From: Octopus vulgaris | Taxonomy: Eukaryota | Direction of reading: 5' to 3' | NCBI GenBank assembly: GCA_951406725.2 | Contig: OX597827.1 | Span: forward strand, 82,398,001-82,462,000 | Length of the DNA stretch: 64,000 nucleotides | In this document: piece by piece, positions 23,480 to 38,138 of the stretch | How positions within the stretch are numbered: the stretch's first letter is position 1 | Layout of the letters: every line of letters begins with the position of its first letter | Position numbers and translations under genes: made by a program | Notes under the pieces: generated by a model | Seen by the model: only the letters and a program-made list of their open reading frames with translations | Databases searched by the model: none | What the model was told of the DNA's origin: nothing

Positions 23480-24497
23480 TAGCAGTATTGCCCGGCTTAC
23501 CTGTGGAAGCAAAAATTGTTACAACTCCCAAGTAACTGATCTCGTTGAACTCGTAGCACGCGGAGTCATACGAAAGCAAAGCAGTGCAAACGATTTTTGC
23601 ACGTGTGACTATTAATCGCACTGAGGAAAATCGATTAATCTGCGAGTGCAAAATCAATACTTTCTTACACATTGTACGTACGTGCGCTCGTGCGTTCTAT
23701 GCATGTGCGAATTAAGCTAAACTTGGATGAAGTTCAATCAAAATTCAATTATTTTGGTTTTAAAATCAAGCATTTAATGCCCTCTATTTTTGCGCTTATG
23801 TGTTCCATTTCCTCAGTAGGAAATACGTAGAAGCATTTCATAAATTTTTGTTGAGCAAATAATTGTATTGTTGAATTATTCTTTTAGATCAGTATTTCTC
23901 AACGGGGATTTCAGGGGAGAGTTTCAGGGAGTCGCTGGTGATGTATCGTGAGGATCAAAAATCCGGCCTGCTAAAATTTGGTTAAAGTGATTCAAACTGC
24001 AGACTCAACGCAAAATGATCGCATTTAATTCAAAGCATTAAAAATGTTATGAAAACAATTGGTATGTGTTCACAAAGTCCAAATGATTAATACGAAAAAA
24101 CCCTCCAGGCTACATCCCGAAAATTCATTTCTTTGCTGAATTTCTACAACGTTTACGGCGATTCGTTTTTATATCTTGATTTTTTATTTTTCATGCAATT
24201 TACGCATGCTTGCACGTGTGGTGAACACAGTTCACGTCAAACAGCTGACTGAGTAAAGTTCACTATTCAATGCATGGGATAAGGCTGAAACAAACACATT
24301 ATCGATTTTTGCACTTGCGAGATGAATTTCGGAACAGAAATAACGCAGTTCAATTTTCATTCACCTAAACTTTAAGTGACCCATTTTTGGTGGTTCTATG
24401 ATTTGTTGGCTAGGAGGAGATGTACTTGGAAGTTAAACACACAGACACACACACAAATACACACACAGACACACAAGTTGAGTTTTATATATATAGA
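23479..24497 (-). mobile_element. Non-autonomous Helitron
   Basis: The termini match the 767-1278 element (plus strand ACTAGCAGTATTGCCCGG ... AGTTTTATATATATAGAT), but the interior differs. Confidence 0.7.
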
Positions 24498-24501
24498 TAT
24501 A

Positions 24502-24860
24502 CTAGCTGACCATGTGCCATCAAAAATGATGGCTAATTGTAGTATTTTATATATAAGGTACAAAATAAGTTACATAATAGTCACACATACAAACATTCAC
24601 GTACTTTCCTTCTACATGCATACATATACACATATATACACATATACTCAGAGTCGAAATGCTGATTTCTTTTTCACCTCTTCCTTCCTTATTCATCTAT
24701 CATCAGCCCTTCCTTTCTCCTGTTGCTATTACTTTCTCTCACACTCTCTCAGTTAGGGCTATTACTCTCACTACTTCTCCTTCACTGAATTACTATTTTC
24801 TCCCCTCCTCTGCATCCAACGTCATTCTGGACAAATATATATATATATATATATATATAG
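24502..24860 (-). mobile_element. Second, adjacent Helitron-like element
   Basis: CTAG at 24502-24505 with a nearby perfect hairpin GCCATCA-AAAA-TGATGGC. The far end is placed tentatively at (TA)n-G near 24860. Confidence 0.5.
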
Positions 24861-24917
24861 GCCGTCCAACCCATGATAGCATGGAGAACGGACGTTAAAC
24901 GACGATGATGATGATGA

Positions 24918-24956
<39 letters not shown>

Positions 24957-24993
24957 TAAATATATAAAAACACTATGCACATTATTATATTAG

Positions 24994-25033
<40 letters not shown>

Positions 25034-25170
25034 GTGTATATATGTTTTTGTATAGGAGATATGTATATGTGCATATGTATGCGTGTGCATAAGTAAATGT
25101 ATATATGTGTGTATGTCAGCAAGTGTATTGATGATGACTATGTGACCCAATTTCTTCTTTTTCATTTCAG

Positions 25171-25226
25171 CCCTGCATAATTACAGACAGAATATGACCT
25201 CAGCCCCAAACCGGGGCCAGTACTAG
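25171..25226 (+). CDS. Pcdh: Protocadherin terminal coding exon (ALHNYRQNMTSAPNRGQY*), followed by putative 3' UTR
   Basis: Strong acceptor tttcttctttttcatttcAG ends at 25170. Phase 1 from exon 2 gives G+CC=Ala and the longest of the three reading frames, to TAG at 25224-25226. AATAAA occurs at 25704-25709 and 26161-26166. Confidence 0.65.
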
Positions 25227-26026
25227 GTACCAGATTGACAAGAGAAAGGGGACAACAGCAGAACCGTCACGCACAAAGCAAAGGGCTGAACTGGACAACA
25301 TAGTAGAACGTAACTATGGTAACGATGGTGACCACGGGGAGATGGTATGGTGTGTCTCTTTACACTGGACAATGTCAGTAGTGGGGATAGCAACAACTGT
25401 AATAGAAATAGCAGCCAAATCTCCCTTCAGTCACACCTACCTTTTCCAATAATGAAAGGACACATTAATGAATGGAGTCCTAGATACATTTGAAATGACA
25501 GGAGGTTCATAGTTGGAATGTCTTTGGTAATATGCCTACATGAGGAGGTTTGACCTGGGGCTAAACAACAGCAGCTTCAACAAGAAACAACAACAATGTT
25601 ATGCAGAACGACAACCACTACAACAACCACAACCACAACATAGAAACAATGGCTCGATATTTCATTGTTTAACATTTAATGATAAAAATACGTAAAATAT
25701 GTAAATAAAAATATGTAAATGTGGATTATAATTTATATATATTAAATGGCATATACACACACACATACATACATATATATATACATATACATATATATAT
25801 ATATAGCATTATATAGATGATACAAAAACTTACACACATAATTGTAGAATTGATATTTTTAAAGTGCATGGAAGAATCTACATATGTGCATATATATACA
25901 TACATATATATATATACATACATACATACATATATATATATATATACATACATACATACATACATATACACATATACATATATACATACATATATATATA
26001 TGTTTATATACATATATGTATATTAT

Positions 26027-26061
<35 letters not shown>

Positions 26062-26201
26062 CATATGCATATAAAAAATTTGGCATACACATGCTGACAT
26101 AAACTTATATATATTTATCCTATATATAAAAACAAAAAATATTTGTTTATAACAAAATTCAATAAAAACAACTGAAAACAAAACTTGTTTCTCTCTTTCT
26201 A

Positions 26202-26232
<31 letters not shown>

Positions 26233-26610
26233 TGCACAACTGTAAATGAGGGGCGGGGGTGATCAATGGTTGTTTAAACTTTGTAAATGGTTTCAGAGGA
26301 AACAGGTAGGGAGGGGGAGGAGGAGAAGGGCGTGGTGGTCGTGGGTGGGTGGGTTTGTTTTTGTTTTTGCTGTCGATTAATTGAGAAGATATAAAATGCT
26401 AAAGATACAACTGTGTATTGAACCACCACAGATGGAAATGGAATGCAACCGACAGTACGAATCCACTCACACACACACACACACATGTATGTATATATAT
26501 ATATATATATATTCCCAGCATGGAAGGCGGATGTTAAACAATGAGATGATAATGTTAATATATACATATATATGTATATAGGTATATCTATATATCTATA
26601 TATATATTTA

Positions 26611-26706
<96 letters not shown>

Positions 26707-27537
26707 TATATATGTATATAGGTATATCTATATATCTATATCTATCTATATATATATATATATCGGTATATATATCTATCTATATATATATATATATCGG
26801 TATATCCACATAAATGTATACACAAGCATATGTACATTCATTTGTATGTATTTCTGGTGAATATATATATATATATTTATGTGTGCGTGTGTGTTTGTGT
26901 GTGTATGTATGTGCACGTGTGTGTGTATGTGTGCATATGCACTGTTATAAAAACAAATAAAAACTAGTAAAACAACACAAAGAAAAAGCAGTTGTTTTTT
27001 TTTTAATTCAATGTAATTGGGTTTTTTTTTGTTATTGTTATTGTTTATCAGTTTCGTTTGTCGAATGATAATTATTGCTGTTGTTATGATTGTTGATGTT
27101 GTTTCGGAGCAGCTATATTTGTATCAATTAATTCCATTATTGGTCAGACATCTTTTCAATAATACGGTTTATTCTTTGTTCCACCTTCTTTTTCTACTGC
27201 TGTCTTTCTTTCTTTCTTTATTTCTTTCTTTCTCTTCTTTCTCATGGAGCAATGTGCCACTGCCGCCTCCACCTTCACCACAGTCTCTATTGTCACTGTA
27301 GTCAATGGGAAATGTCATATATTTGAAACAGCAGTTGGTTTGATGGACTGTGTGTGTGTGTGTGCCAGGGGGGGGGGGACATATGTATAATCCCTTGGGT
27401 GGCACAGAAAGAGAGAGAGAGACAGAGAGATCAAAACAATGGTGGCACATGTGTGTGGAAGACAGAGATAGAGAAATGACAGACGTAGAAATTACATTGT
27501 TGTATAATGGTTGTTTACAGTAGATTCAGTGGCTGAT

Positions 27538-27551
27538 CATCATCATCATCG

Positions 27552-27595
<44 letters not shown>

Positions 27596-27620
27596 GTCAT
27601 CATCATCATCATCATCATCG

Positions 27621-27655
<35 letters not shown>

Positions 27656-27734
27656 GTCATCATCATCATCATCATCATCGTCATCATCATCATCATCATC
27701 ATCGTCATCATCATCATCATCATCATCATCATCG

Positions 27735-27811
<77 letters not shown>

Positions 27812-27855
27812 GTCATCATCATCATCATCATCATCGTCATCATCATCATCATCAT
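27538..27855. repeat. (CAT)n microsatellite with periodic CGT interruptions
   Basis: Direct reading. Confidence 0.95.
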
Positions 27856-28669
27856 ATCTGTGAGTGTTAATGGAACGTAAGTGATGGCCCTAAAACTCTG
27901 TTAACTCACCATGTGGCTACAGAAACATATTTATCCCCCCCCACCACCACCACCACCACTGCCCTCCATGATGGTTCCATGACAGTTTTATAGCCTCCTC
28001 CAGTCATTAATGCTTAAACTGGTGAAAAAGTTTGATTGAAAAAACTTCCAGCTATCATTTCCTGTCCCTCTTGGAAACCTTTTAAAACATACTCCATGCT
28101 GGGAGCCTGCATGCAATAATCCCACCATCACTCATCCTTAATCTGGCAGCCATCTTGCTTGGTTTGTTTTATTTCTTGTGTCAAATATAATTTAAATGAG
28201 AATCACTTTAGGAGACATGTTGATCAGATAAGATAACATTTGTGAGAGAACACCTCAACTGGTGCCTGCTCCCACCGGCTACCCCTAGTTTGTAGATGTA
28301 TTTTCAACAGAACACAGCAAGTAACTTCCCAACAAGGGTCCACATAAGGTTTTGCTGTTCAAATTTGTGTGCAATAAACTGTTTAAGCTTCTACAATCCA
28401 CAAAATATTTAAACAACATTTTTTTTTAATACAATTCCTAATAACATTTAATTACAAAAATGTGATAACATTTTGTTGGACATTGAACGGATATGAGGAC
28501 TGAGTAGACTAAAATAAGAACCAAAGGGTTCCAGAGGTCTAAAATGGATGAGTAAACTAATTGCAGACATAAGAAGCAAAATAGGTCCAGGAATTTCAAA
28601 GAATATTTTTCCATTCACCACAATTAATAGGATTAACTCTATTGTCACTTGGTTGAAATCTTTCTCAAA

Positions 28670-30090
28670 TCATCATCATTATCATTATTTAACGTCCATT
28701 GCCCATACTGGCATGGGTTGAACAGTTTGGCCAGGGCTGGCAAACTGGAAGGCTGCACCAGAGTCCAGTCTGTTTTGGCATGGTTTCTACAACTGGACAC
28801 CCTTCCTAATGCCAACCACTCCACGAGTCATCAGCATAGAGGAACTCCCAGGAGCAGCATGTCTTAAATTCCTCTGTCATCACCTGGAGGACTATGATGA
28901 ACAAGAGGGGGCTGAGGACCAATTCTTGGTGAACCCCAACTTGTACCTTGAATTCTTCACTGTACTCATTGCCAACCCTCACCTTACTGGTAGTGTCCCT
29001 GTACATGGCTTGTACAGCTCTCACCAAACACTCCTCTATCCATAGTTTCCACATTGATCAGCAGATAAGGGATCGGGGGCCCTGTCAAAGGCTTTCTCCA
29101 AGTCAACAGAAGCTAAATACAGAGGTTTATCTTTGGCTAGGTATTTCTCCTGCAGCTGCCTTACCAGAAATATTGTGTCTGTGGTGCTTCTCCCTTGCAC
29201 AAAACCAAACTGCATCTCATCTAGACTAACTCTCTCTCTAATTAGTTGGGCTATGATCATTTCTGCAACTTTCATCACCTGATCGAACAATTTGATACCT
29301 TTGTAATTATTTCTAAGGCATCACCTTTACCCTTGTAGCAATTGACTATGGTGCTGCTACACCAGTCATTGCGTATGACTCCTTCGTTAATCAGCTGATT
29401 TACAATACAGGTGACTAGACTATAACTTACACAGCCAGATATTTTAAGCATCTCAGCTGTGATTCCTGAAGGGCTTTCCCTGTTTTCATGTCCTTAATTG
29501 CTTTATTTACCAAGGTACTGTCGATTCAGATAGCTGGTTCCAAATCCTTCTTTCCCAGATTGGTCTGCTTCTTGGCATCCTTCTGGCCTAGAGTCTAAAG
29601 TTATTAATGATTACTCTATGTTGGGGGATACATTCTTCACCAGGGAAGGTCTTTGCATTTATGAGCAACCATGCATCCCACTGTCTGATGAGAACGTAAT
29701 TGATCTGGCTAGCATAGCCACCTGATTGGTAGGTTATCAGGTGGTTGGCTAGCGCTTCTTGATGTTGGTGTTGCAGATCAATAGGTTATTTGCATCACAG
29801 AACTCCAGTAGCCTTGTTCCCCCTTTGTTTCAGGTACCAATACCATGGCCCCCATGTACACCATGGAAAATACCAGGCTGCCATCTGACATGCCCATTGA
29901 TGTCCCCAGCCACGAAGACAAGATCCTTGTCATTTGTCTTAGAGGTAGTCTGCAGCAGGTTATCATAAAAATGGTCCACCTGTTCATTTGGTAGGCCTGC
30001 TTGTGGGGCACAGGCAGACATAATTGACACAATGCTATTCTGCAAGACTGGCCTCAGCTGAAGCACTCTGTCACTCACTCTGACTACCTC
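28670..30090 (-). mobile_element. RTE-clade LINE, internally deleted (APE endonuclease plus RT N-half joined to the 3' tail)
   Basis: Endonuclease remnants RVSDRVLQLR...SACAPQAG...AGDINGHV. RT remnants MQFGFVQGRSTTDTIFLVRQLQEKYL...VDLEKAFDR and VGVHQELVLSPLLFIIVL...LYADD. The sequence then jumps directly to the family 3' tail. Confidence 0.92.
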
Positions 30091-31229
30091 TGTACATCTA
30101 TTATCATTAAACTGGATGCTGTTCACAATGCGGTTTAATGGTGTTCTAAATACATAAAAGAGATGCAATTTTCACAGTTGGAATGTCTTTCAACGTAATT
30201 GTGTTTGATGAGGGTTGACCAACAACAGCAACATCAATATTGTCATCCTTATGATGACCACCACCACCACCACCACATGGGTTTGCTGCCATTTAGATAC
30301 TATAAACATTAATTGGACGTAACTAATCAATAGATTTAATAGATCAATCATTGATTGCTTCTCTCTTATAAATGTTCAAATTAATAAACTGAAATAACAT
30401 TTGAAGAATTTATAATAAATTTATTAATTGTTTTGGACTTTGAGTTCACTTGAGACAGAATGGCACCAGCTATTGTATATAGATGTACATACATGTATGT
30501 ATGTATGCATATATATAGAGAGAGAGAGAGAAAGAGGGAGAGAGAGAGAGAGAGAGAGACATGCATGCATACACACATACATGTATATGCATATATATGT
30601 ATGTGTATATATATATATACATATGCATACATATATATATAACAAGTATCACCTGATGTGATGGAGAGAGAAAGGGAGTGAAATTGAGAGAGGGAGGGAT
30701 TGAGATGTGGTGGTAGTGTGTGTGGGGTGTGTGTGGGGTGGGGGTGGGGTGGGGGAGAACACTGTATTGAAACAGGGAGTTGTTTCTTATGCATTAAGTT
30801 GCGAAACTTTGCTAACGTCAGAAAATGGCAAAATTAAATGAAAAGAAGGAATCGAAATCTGTCTTTGGTTGGAATAAATGAAGGTGTGGCTAAGTAAAAT
30901 AACTTTATGTATGTATGTGTGTGTGTATGTGTGTCTGTGTGTGTGTATATGTGTGTGTGTGTATGTATGCATGCATTTGACTTTTTGCTGAAGATCAAAG
31001 TATATGTACACATCTTGGTTTCAAATTTTGGCACAAGGCCAGCAATTTCATGGCAGGGGGTCAAGTATTTTATATCGACCCCAGTGCTCAACTGGCACAT
31101 ATTTTATGGTCCCTAAAAGGATGAAAGATAAAGTTGATCTTGGCAGAATTTGAACTCAGAATGATTATAATATGGTATAATATACTTTAAAGAATATCTA
31201 ATGGATATCACACCATGTAATATTAATTT

Positions 31230-32500
31230 GGAAGGAAGCTCTGTCACATTTCAAGTTTGAAACAAACACTTCTTAATTGATATATTTAATCAAGATAATG
31301 ATCCCTCTAATTATTGATAGCACAGTTCCATTTATTTGGTAGATTGGTGATCCCTCGGGTGCAAAATTCTTCAGGTTTCAAAGCAAAGAAGCACTCAATA
31401 TTATCCAAAATTCCTAGACAGTTTTTCCCTCCAAATAATGTTGTAATGATCTGAAAAGATGATAATGAGATGAAGCAAGGTCAGAAGAGGAAGAAGTATT
31501 AAGAAAGTCTTCTCTATTTAGTCCCATGATCTTTTCCTCGGTGACTCGGTCACTATGTCGTCTTGCATTATCATGTAAGAGCAACACCCTGTTACAACTG
31601 ACCAATGATGGACATGTTTTGTGTTTTTTCTGCAAATTTATGTGTTTTCAGTTGGTGATAATTCTTCTCAGCATTAACCATTTCATTTTGGCTTCACACT
31701 TTGTGATGGACAACATCCTTCGTAACCCACCAAACACACAGCATAACTGTCTTCCAAGTTCTGGTTTGTAGATGGATTCTTTGGCTTCATTCGGTGCCAA
31801 TCATTGTCGTTTGTATTGAATATGATTTTTTTTATCACTTGTGATGATTCCACAGTGGAAGGGTTTAGTAGCAAGGCTCATTTTCAAGGATGAGCAGAAG
31901 GCGGCTCTTTGGTGAAGCTGAGGGTGTTGAGGGAACCAGTGACCATTTTTAATACTTTCCCTACTTCATGGAAGTGTTTTATGATTGAAATGTGTTGTAG
32001 GGAATTATTAATAATGGTACACCCCTCGCACGTGAGGAATGGAATAACCTAGTAATTATAAGCAAAGAGAAGCACGTGAAGTACCGGGGTGTGTAGTCAG
32101 GGGTCAGAGATAGTTGTGTTTTATTGGTTTTACTAAGTATTCTGTATACCGAAGTGGGTGTTGTTAATAATCCAACATTTTAAGAATTATAACAAAATGT
32201 GACTTTAACTGAAACGTTTTGCTAATTCTTGTAGAGTTTGCTTTGAATTTTCCTCAGTGAGGGTTTTCAGAAGCTCAATTTAGGAAGAATTTGGTCATCC
32301 AGATCAAGGAAGTCTGTGAGAGAGAAAAATTGCCTGTGTAAAACATCGTTGGAATGTCCAGACACTTAAAGTTTCATTTCCGAAGAGAAAACCAAAATCT
32401 CTTGTTTCTATTGCTGAGGACCACTTTTCAATTTGTACAGCAGGCAGCGTCTAATATTGGTCTGATCTAGACTCATTTTAGAAAGGTAAAGTCAAGATGG
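31230..32500 (-). mobile_element. Degraded mariner (DD34D-type) transposase
   Basis: LLLHDNARRHS...SSDLASSHYHLFRSLQHYLEGK resembles the mariner HDNARPH...YSPDLAPSDYHLF motif. An N-terminal remnant IRRCLLY lies near 32440. Confidence 0.75.
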
Positions 32501-32676
32501 CATAAAACAGTCTGCAAAGAAAGAACAAAACAAAACATGGGAATTTTAAAATTAATGGGTTTTTTTTTTTTTTTACTGTAAAGTAGTGAAAAAATACACT
32601 GAAAAGTGATCATGACAAAAATGCAACAATCTAATAACATAGAGGCAACAGGACTTCATATATACATTTATATATA

Positions 32677-32754
32677 TGATGATGATGATGATGGTGATGG
32701 TGAGGATGATGATGGTGATGGTGATGATGATGAAGGTGATGATGATGGTGATGG

Positions 32755-32795
<41 letters not shown>

Positions 32796-32892
32796 GGTGA
32801 TGATGATGGTGATGGTGATGATGGTGATGATGATGGTGATGGTGATGATGGTGATGATGATGGTGATGATGGTGATGGTGATGATGATGATG
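32677..32892. repeat. (GAT/GGT)n microsatellite
   Basis: Direct reading. Confidence 0.95.
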
Positions 32893-33009
32893 GCTTAGCT
32901 GACTGGAATTTCAAAGTTATAATAAATGTTTTTCTACAAAAGTATGGAGTAACCGATCAGATTAATGTAAAATTATTTTTATTATGAATGAACAAATAAA
33001 ACAAATATC

Positions 33010-33059
<50 letters not shown>

Positions 33060-33219
33060 CATGGCTGTGTGTATGTATTTCGTGTTAAGCTAAGAAGAGA
33101 ATCATGGTACCAGAATTTTAGACTCAAGTCACATGTAACAAACTACACCAAATTCTTGTTAGGGAACCCGTGTTAGTGGAGTCTGGACCAGTACAAATAT
33201 AAATATAGATGCATGTACT

Positions 33220-33721
33220 GTGACTGAGAAGACCCGGCAAATAAAGTGAGTCCACAGCTGTAGCCTACACCAGTGTCACATAACCAGCCCACCCAAAAGT
33301 ACCTTGGATCATAGGGTGACATGCCGTTGTTGAGGAGACCTATTTAGTCAAGTACATCAAAATCAAAATCAAATGGAAATTGTAGTTGTGATCCCTGTGC
33401 TGGTAGCATGTAAAAAGTACCATCCGAACATGGCTGATGCCAGCACTGCCTTGACTGGCTTCCGTGCTGGTGCCACGCAAAAAGCACCAACTGACCATGG
33501 TCATTGCCAGCCCCCTCTGGCCCCTGTGCCGGTGACATGTAAAAAGCACCTACTACACTCTCGGAGTGGTTGGTGTTAGGAAGGGCATCCAGCTGTAGAA
33601 ACTTTTCCAGATCAGATTGGAGCCTGGTGCAGCCTCCTGGCTCACCAGTCCTCAGTCAAACTGTCCAACTCATACCAGCATGGAAAGCGGATGTTAAACG
33701 ATGACAATGATGATGATGATG
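33220..33721 (+). mobile_element. RTE-tailed short element
   Basis: Shares the upstream block (aagtaccttgga...gaggagacc..tt.agtcaagtacat) and the tail with the 10360 copy. Confidence 0.85.
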
Positions 33722-34665
33722 TATTGGACCAAGACTGGCAATGGCACCAGCCCCTTGCCCACTCTGCCAGGCAATTAGATTGAACCTAGGTCTTGTTATT
33801 ATGAGGCCAGTGTGTTCACCCTACTCAACCATAAAGTGCGGATAGGTAATGGTAACCTTGCCGCCAGCTGTCCAAACCTCTGACCTGTAAATTAAACTTG
33901 TAATAACTTTTTATTTTTCTTTAATTACCAACTTAATTATACAATTACAGTTTTCCTTAAACCTTTAAATTTAAAAAAAATAGATCTTAATTAGATTTAG
34001 AAAGATATTTACATAGAGTGGTGGTGGTCATGGATGTTGTATCAGCGTTGGTGTGGGTGGTGTTAGTGGAAGAGCAGTGTTGGTGGTAGTTGTGGTGGTA
34101 TTGATGTTGGAATGTTCATTTGGTTTAAAGAAAAGAAATGGAGAAGAAGTAAAGAATAAAAAAGAAGAAAACAAAAACAAAAGAAAAAGGATTAAATAAG
34201 AAAAAGAAAATAATTAAAGAAAGAAAAAAAAAAGGGTGAAAAAAGGGGAGAGTGAAGGTGGGGATAATGGGAGTGTGAGGGTGAGGGTGTGTGTGTGTGT
34301 GTGTACCAAGGTTTCATCAAGATATCGGAGAAGAGAGAAGAAAGTAAAGTATTTATTTAGTGCTGTAGGTCTACAGAGACTTCTAACATGGTTATTGACT
34401 GCAACAACAACAGCAACAACATTGGCAGTGGCACTCCATTAGCAGCACCAGTCACAGATACTGGCTCCATTGTCAGCTCAACATTCCACTTGCAACTCCA
34501 AGTATATTTAATTAATTTCAATCAAGCCATCGTTATACCCAAGGCAATATTTTTATTCATTATTATTATTGTTGTTGTAGTTGTTGTTCTAGTTGTTGTT
34601 ATTATTATTATTATTATTATTATCATTATTATTATTATTATTATTATTGTTATTATTATTATTTA

Positions 34666-34762
<97 letters not shown>

Positions 34763-35729
34763 TATTATCATTATTATTATTATTATTGTTGTATTCTGCC
34801 TCTCCTCAGTTTTAAACTGATTCCAACTGATAGAATCTCGGTGAAATTTACTTTCAAATCTTCGCTGTGTCTCTCGCAGCAGACTCTGAGAGAAAAGAAA
34901 GGAAATCAAATCACAAGAACAGCCTGGAATCTGGGGTTCCAAGTTCAAATTAATATTGTCACATGATTGGAAGAGAAAGACTTGATTTAATTATAAAGTT
35001 ACATACCTGGGATTACCCACGGGGTGCAGGGTAGGGGGTGAAGACAGAGGTAGAAGAATGAATAACCATCACCACTACCACCACCACCACCACCACCGAC
35101 AACAACAATACCATTGTCATCTCTTCTGCCTACCACCACCATCACCACCGCTCTCCACCATCATCACCCCTGAAAATACTCAACCATCACCCTTCACCAT
35201 TGTTAACAACACTTGATCTCCACCCCTACATCAACAGTAAACAAACATCACCACTAGCACCCCCACGCCCACCACCACCTCTACCCCATCGCCACCCGCA
35301 CCCACCCCACACCTCTTACCCACCACCATCAACAACTTCAAGTTATTCCAGTAGTTTCTTGAAAATCATTTAAAACCTTGTGATTGCAAAGAGTACAAAC
35401 TTCTGGGGTTTGTATAAATTCTCTGTTGTACTTTATCTTGTACTCTAGCCATAATAATTATATTGCAGTACTCTATCTAATACACCTGCTACAATAGCTG
35501 TACTCCTTATGCCTGCACCTCACTTATTTCTACATCAAGTACTCTTTCCTTGATCTCTAAAACAGACAACTCATATTGATTACTCACTCTGATGTTAAAA
35601 GCAGATTCTCCAATGAGTGCTCTCGTCCACATCCGACAATGAGCACTTCGTTTTAAGCATTGAGCCAATCTCCATTCATTAATCTTCAATAACAATGTCA
35701 GGTGGTAGAGGCACATGCATTACCTGTCT

Positions 35730-35766
<37 letters not shown>

Positions 35767-35779
35767 GGTCAGGATATTG

Positions 35780-36784
35780 ACTAGGCTATTAGATGTTATT
35801 AAATACTTCTTGTGGAATCAAAGCCCATTCCTGGTGCATGGAGCAAAGCATGAGTAGTGCTTGAAACCCTCATCTCATAAATGGACCAAACAGAAAAATC
35901 CAATGGGTTGAGATTGGGGCTTCTTGGGGGACATACATCCTTGCCTATGAACAATGGAATGTTTTTTCTGAATCCAGTGTTGTCTGTTTGGAACTGTGGG
36001 ATGGTGCCAGGGGGCACCTTGAAAGGGCTCATTCACCCATGGAAGCAGTTCAGCTTCAAGAATGTCGCTTATGTGTCACTGGGTGTTTATTTTAACACCC
36101 GAGGGCACAAAAATGAGGGGAGACTTTCCAGTGGCTGTCACAACTGGCCAAACCATAACTGACTGTGGATTTTGATGTCAATTTATGAGTCTACCCTTGA
36201 TGGAGACAGAGACACTCCAAAGTTGGGTAACATGTCTTCAGCATTCTGATGCAGGATAAGACGACTTCTCTCTAGTTTCATGGCCTTTTAAACTTGCGTG
36301 AGCTCATGATGGCAGATCATCTTGTAGGGGTGGGTCCTGAGATTCTCCTGCAGCACTCGATACATTGATGTACAGCTTATTTTCACTGGTAGCCAGCTTT
36401 CTGGCAGAAGAATAAGGATTTCACCGTATCTTTTCTTTGGTATTTTGATAAGCTGAGGGGTCTGCACACTTCTTTTCAAACCAGGTCGATCAGAAGTGGA
36501 GCCAGTCTCTTGAAATCTCTCTACAATTTTCCAAACTGTTGTTTAGTTAATCTGAAGCATTTTTGCTATAGTTGTGTTACTTCCACCTCCTTTGTGGAGG
36601 GTTATGATTGTATTTCGGTCTATAGCCATCATCTAATTTATAAATCTGAATTTATTTAATCTGAAACAAAAAGAAGACACACTAAGCTTCTATAATGATG
36701 GATAATTTTTGTATCTTATCACATTTTATTGATAGTTATTAAAGCCTGAAAAACTTCAGTTGTCTTAATTTCTGGACACAAAGT
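35780..36784 (-). mobile_element. Degraded Tc1/mariner (maT/DD37D-like), one end
   Basis: ATG at 36629 begins MAIDRNTIITLHKGG...VWKIVERFQETGSTSDRPG. PPRSPNLNPLDFSVWS follows downstream. Only one TIR-like end is visible. Confidence 0.75.
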
Positions 36785-38081
36785 ATAAATACCTGCAAAA
36801 AGGTAAAACAGAGATCTCTATCATGAAATGCAGGGCATACATAATGCATCGGAACACGTATATATAAACTAGAGCAGTTTTGAATCTGTTATATTAGCAA
36901 GGGACAAAAAATCTGGTGAAATAAAAAGTAACACTTTCAGTCTTTGGTCCTACCTGTGTATATACCTTTACATTCCTGCTTCACAATCCATTAACGTGTC
37001 ACTAATTTCTTCCCATTCATTCAGATATAAAACTTTTTAAAGTTAATTCAAAGTCGATTCTAGAGAAATTAGAGCCAGCAGTTATTTGTTACAATGTTTC
37101 ATTATATCAATCCATAAACGAAGCAATCAAAGATAGAAATGAAGGTAAAACAGGTGTGTCCAATTGTCTTACACCACAATATATTTGGTGGTCGTTTAAG
37201 TAATACATTCAGGAATGGTTAATGGTTTGGATGTAGGGATGAAGAAAGGGCAAGAACTCAGGAAATATGCTTAGACACCCATAATCTATTTAACCTTTTT
37301 TTCCATTTTTGATCTGCGTCTGGAACATTGTAACAAATCTGTGTTGGTTCAAATTCCTATGGAAAATCTGCAGAGATAACTTTTGTTATTTTGCTCTAAT
37401 TTAATTCTCTTTTCTGATTAAGTATTGAACTAAGTTTACTGACTCTGCATTGTTTCATGCGTTCACCTCGTCTCCTTTTAAAGTGAACTTTTCACTGCAT
37501 TCAAATTTGCATAATGGTTTGTTTCATAAATGGCATAATACTTTTTGCACGTGGATCTTTAGGTTCTGTTTTTTTTTCAATCAGTGTGCATTTTTGAGTA
37601 TGTATTGCATTGTATTTGCTCACATATTCTCTCCATTATTGGCTTGCATTCGAGTAATGTAATCCAAGTTAATAATTCTGTATTAAAACATAACAACTTT
37701 CAAAAGGGATCTCATAGCACTGCTAACACAGGTGAGGTGCAGGATTGATTTATGAGCCCCTAATATACTTGATAACAGATTGAAATACAACTTTCCGTTT
37801 CCGGCTTGCTTGCCAGCCTTGCCCCTTTTTCATTCCTTTGCTTGGTCTTTGACTTCCAGAAGCTAATGTTTGTGGCCATAGAAAGTCCATCAATACACAA
37901 TGTGAAAGGGTTGGTGGCAGGAAGAGTATCCAGGTGTAGAGACCGAGCGAATGACTCAGAGGATCGTCAGTGTTTGGAAATAATGGATCATCAAGACAGA
38001 TTTACATACGCAGGTGTATATACATGTCGATATAAGTAAACACCAATGTCTATCGATACACACACACGTGCATGCACACAG

Positions 38082-38131
<50 letters not shown>

Positions 38132-38138
38132 ACATATA

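Noticed and set aside
27511-27870. Poly-His ORF; likewise poly-Asp at 11490 and 32606 and the many YI/HT/CV-repeat ORFs
   Set aside because: These are stop-free frames of tri- and dinucleotide microsatellites, with no splice or domain support.
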